NCBI GenBank assembly: GCA_019828565.1
Contig: JAHDYR010000062.1
Span: 10,701 to 74,700, forward strand
Direction: 5' to 3'
DNA length: 64,000 nt
Source: Carpediemonas membranifera BICM
Taxonomy: Eukaryota; Protista; Fornicata
The translations under genes were made by a program, and so were the position numbers. Below the pieces are notes generated by a model. That model saw nothing but the letters and a program-made list of their open reading frames with translations, searched no databases and had not been told where the DNA came from. Of the stretch, positions 61,303-64,000 are shown piece after piece (within the stretch, counting starts at the first letter, position 1; every line of letters begins with the position of its first letter).

Positions 61303-62928
61303 GTTCGGCACTATCAGCAAGAGAGCATAAAAAAATGGACATAGAGTGCCAAAAGTAATAAACTGAAACCATCCACACGGCAACTATGTACCTAGGCGGC
61401 CTCAGTACCTCCAATACCTTCCGTATGTGCTTTTTTTGTCCGTCCCTACTTCGTCCCACGAACCAGAAAAAGCGCAAAGAGAGGGCCCTTTGAATAATTC
61501 TATAACGGCAGCAGAGCATAAAACACGGTTCGAAAGGGCTGATTTTATGCTCTCTTGCCGTTAGTTCAAGCCGAGGCACGCTTCGGGCGAGCTCCGGCCA
61601 AGGGGTCCAGGAGTCAGCTTTTTGGGGAAGGTCTGTGGTGCTCTAACGTACCTCGGGACGCACTGTGGAGGCCCCTAGAGTGCTCGGTCATGGCATGTCA
61701 GACCAAGGGTCCCTCAAATCTGGCCCCATTCAGGATGCACCCCCTAAATGTTCCGTTGCAAGCGTCTGACAGGTGTTCTCTGGATACCGACCAAGATGGA
61801 GGTCACGTGGATGAACGGACGATAATTACGGTATTCTGGCCATGCCTGGTACTCTCAAATCATCTGTACTGCTCTGTGCTCCATTTATAGTTCATATCGT
61901 TTCGTCCTGATGGACTTTTGGTACTTGATGTTGTTTAGAGATAATTGGTGCTTGACTGATGCTCTGCGCCCGCCAACTGATGTTTCTTAGTGATATGTGC
62001 ATGCCTGTATCGTTAAAGCCGCCAGTATTCTTCCTATTCTTCAGTTCGTCATTTCGGTCTCGTTGCGAGCATAAAGTGCGCGAATGCGCGGGTCAGTTCC
62101 CCCGTTTTCAGCGAAGCTGATGCGACAACACAGAGGCAAGCGAATCCTTACACCTCAGGCGTTGCCAAGAGGCCGTTGTCTGCCAGGATCTATAAGCAGT
62201 GATGAGATATACGGATTTCAGACTTTCTGCCTGCACGACCTCAAATGTTGACTCCCCTCGGCACCGAAAAAGGCACCTATATCCATGAATACCCTCTACA
62301 GTGATGTATCCACCTCGATAAATGGATTTCAAATTTGTCGGGTCTCATGATAAATGGATTTCAGACTTTCGTACTGTTGGCCATCTGAGAATTTATGAAC
62401 GACCCTCAGAATATTTTTGAATGCAAGAACGTGCCTATGGCACTCTTTTGCACCCCCGAACACGGTTTGACCACTGTTTTGGGCATTTGGAGAGATTCGA
62501 ATTTTTGTGCATGACGAAAAGTCTGAAATCCGTATATCGATGGAAGGAAGCCCGCAGGAGATGGAAACAACCATGGAAGCTGTGAAGAATGCTTGGTTGT
62601 GCACCATCAGTAAGAAATCTTCCCTGAAAGCGGTCGCAAAACAACCTTTCGCGGTTCGTTCAATTCGTACAACGTGAGCGAGGGAGTACCGAGGACGAAG
62701 CGCTCTCCGTGATCCGGTCCGAGGAGGTTAGATCGCTTGTGCCCGGTTTTGCTGCATCATTGAGCAAGGCAACCGCTGCTGTCACTCTCAGTGCCGTCAA
62801 CTCATTCCGAAAACTCCGGCAGAGACAATGTCAAGCCGCTTGGGCAGTTTGAGCCTGTCGCATCGGAAGCTATTGTCCGACTAGTCTTCCCCTACAATGC
62901 GCTGGCTCTTATCATCAGCCACACAGGC

Positions 62929-63931
62929 ATGACTGCCACATCAGCCCGCGATATTGATGTGAGCGAGCTCCAGATTCCCCCGGAACTCGCTGACTGGTTG
63001 CTATTCACCGGGGCACCATCCACGATGTCCGCTGTGATGCCTAGCACCTTCTCGCAGGCTCTCAAGTCGGTCGGGCTGAGTGTTAACCAGCTTCGCTATG
63101 CGCCCACTGTGCATGTCGATCTCAATCAGCTCAAAAAGCGGGTGATTGAGACACAAAGACGGACTGGCAGGCCCAGGGATCCGATCAAGGTTCGTAAGGT
63201 CATTAAGGACAAGCGCATCAGCCTGACCGATGAGCAGTTCAGGCGCCAGTTGGCGTCCAGTCACTTAACGACCACGCGACGCCCAACGATCCTCGATCTC
63301 AACCCGGAGATCCGAAGCTCTGCCGACCTGGTGCCGCCGACGCTCGATGACTGGCTTTACAACAAGCTCAGGATTAGGATGGTCCAGCTCCACGACCAGC
63401 GTAAGCCTCGAGGGGGACGACACGGGGGAGGGGAGTCTGACGATGAGGCGCTGTTTGACGAGACAGCTGGCGAGGCAGAGATGCCGGAGACCGCGGTGGA
63501 GGGCGAGTCTGACGATGAGGCCGGGTTGGGAGATGCTGGAAGGAGAGTGGGAGGATGAGGAGAGTTCAGACAGCGATGCCGAGGATAGCCTCGTCGACAA
63601 CCTGTCATTTGTTCAGTCACAACAGGTTGAGTGTGATATGTCTGAGAGAGATACCGATGAGGGTGTCCGTAGCGGGACCAATGGAAGTGGGCTCGCTCCG
63701 CTCTATGACTCTATGAAGGCCAGGGAGCCCAGCAGACGCATTCGCCTTCGCCGCTATCACGAGAGCGAGTCAGACTTCGGCAGCAGCAGCGACAGCGACG
63801 ACGGGATCCCGAAGCTGCCCGTTGAGGCCTTTGAGCACATCCGTGATGCCGGAATGACAACTGTGAGGCTGACGAGAGCCGAGTATGACGACCTGATGGA
63901 GAAGAGAGAGCAGGAAAAGCACCAGAAGTAA
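62929..63931 (+). CDS. Hypothetical acidic protein (two overlapping ORFs, probable frameshift at ~63450-63540)
   Basis: Protein-like ORFs 62791-63558 and 63347-63931; no recognisable domain; start uncertain. Confidence 0.45.
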
Positions 63932-64000
63932 ATGGCCGTCGGTTGTCCATATGAGCATGTACGAGTCAACTACCTGCCAACCGTATCTCCAGCCATAAGT

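Larger units (their letters stand above)
49752..64000. mobile_element. Large CAT-terminated TIR element (left end 49752; right end not seen) with modular cargo
   Basis: Terminus CATGCAGTCAATTCTGGTAC resembles 1073 and 28778. Contains modules homologous to those in 1073-9869 (GA minisatellite/hairpin core, OTU gene, 61632-62079 vs 5119-5566). Confidence 0.5.

Noticed and set aside
62205-62375. Short direct repeats (ATGGATTTCAGACTTTC-like x3)
   Set aside because: Too few and irregular to call an array.

Overview
Eukaryotic, GC-rich, transposon-dominated window. The 29-37 nt GT-AG introns and a split, presequence-bearing glycine-cleavage P1 gene suggest a metamonad/fornicate-type protist; this is an inference. 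A host-gene island at ~35.9-42.4 kb encodes a membrane protein, GcvPA, a small LEA-like protein, a coiled-coil protein and a DNAJC3-like protein. Around it lie three full-length chromodomain Ty3/gypsy LTR retrotransposons with 66-92 bp LTRs plus one truncated copy, a CRE-like non-LTR element, a two-gene IS630/Tc1-like transposon inserted in a kinase gene, large CAT-terminated TIR elements carrying OTU-protease and other cargo, purine-rich minisatellite modules, and a 14-copy 421-bp structured tandem array. Three observations stand out. (1) All three divergent LTR families have a perfect palindrome (AGTA..TACT) where the tRNA primer-binding site should be. (2) One LTR family carries a conserved antisense gene with a 29-nt intron and a second chromodomain. 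(3) Cargo blocks of the TIR elements are delimited by a recurring CHTAAAGTGCR motif, often next to hairpins, resembling a cassette array. All alignments and counts were done by eye.
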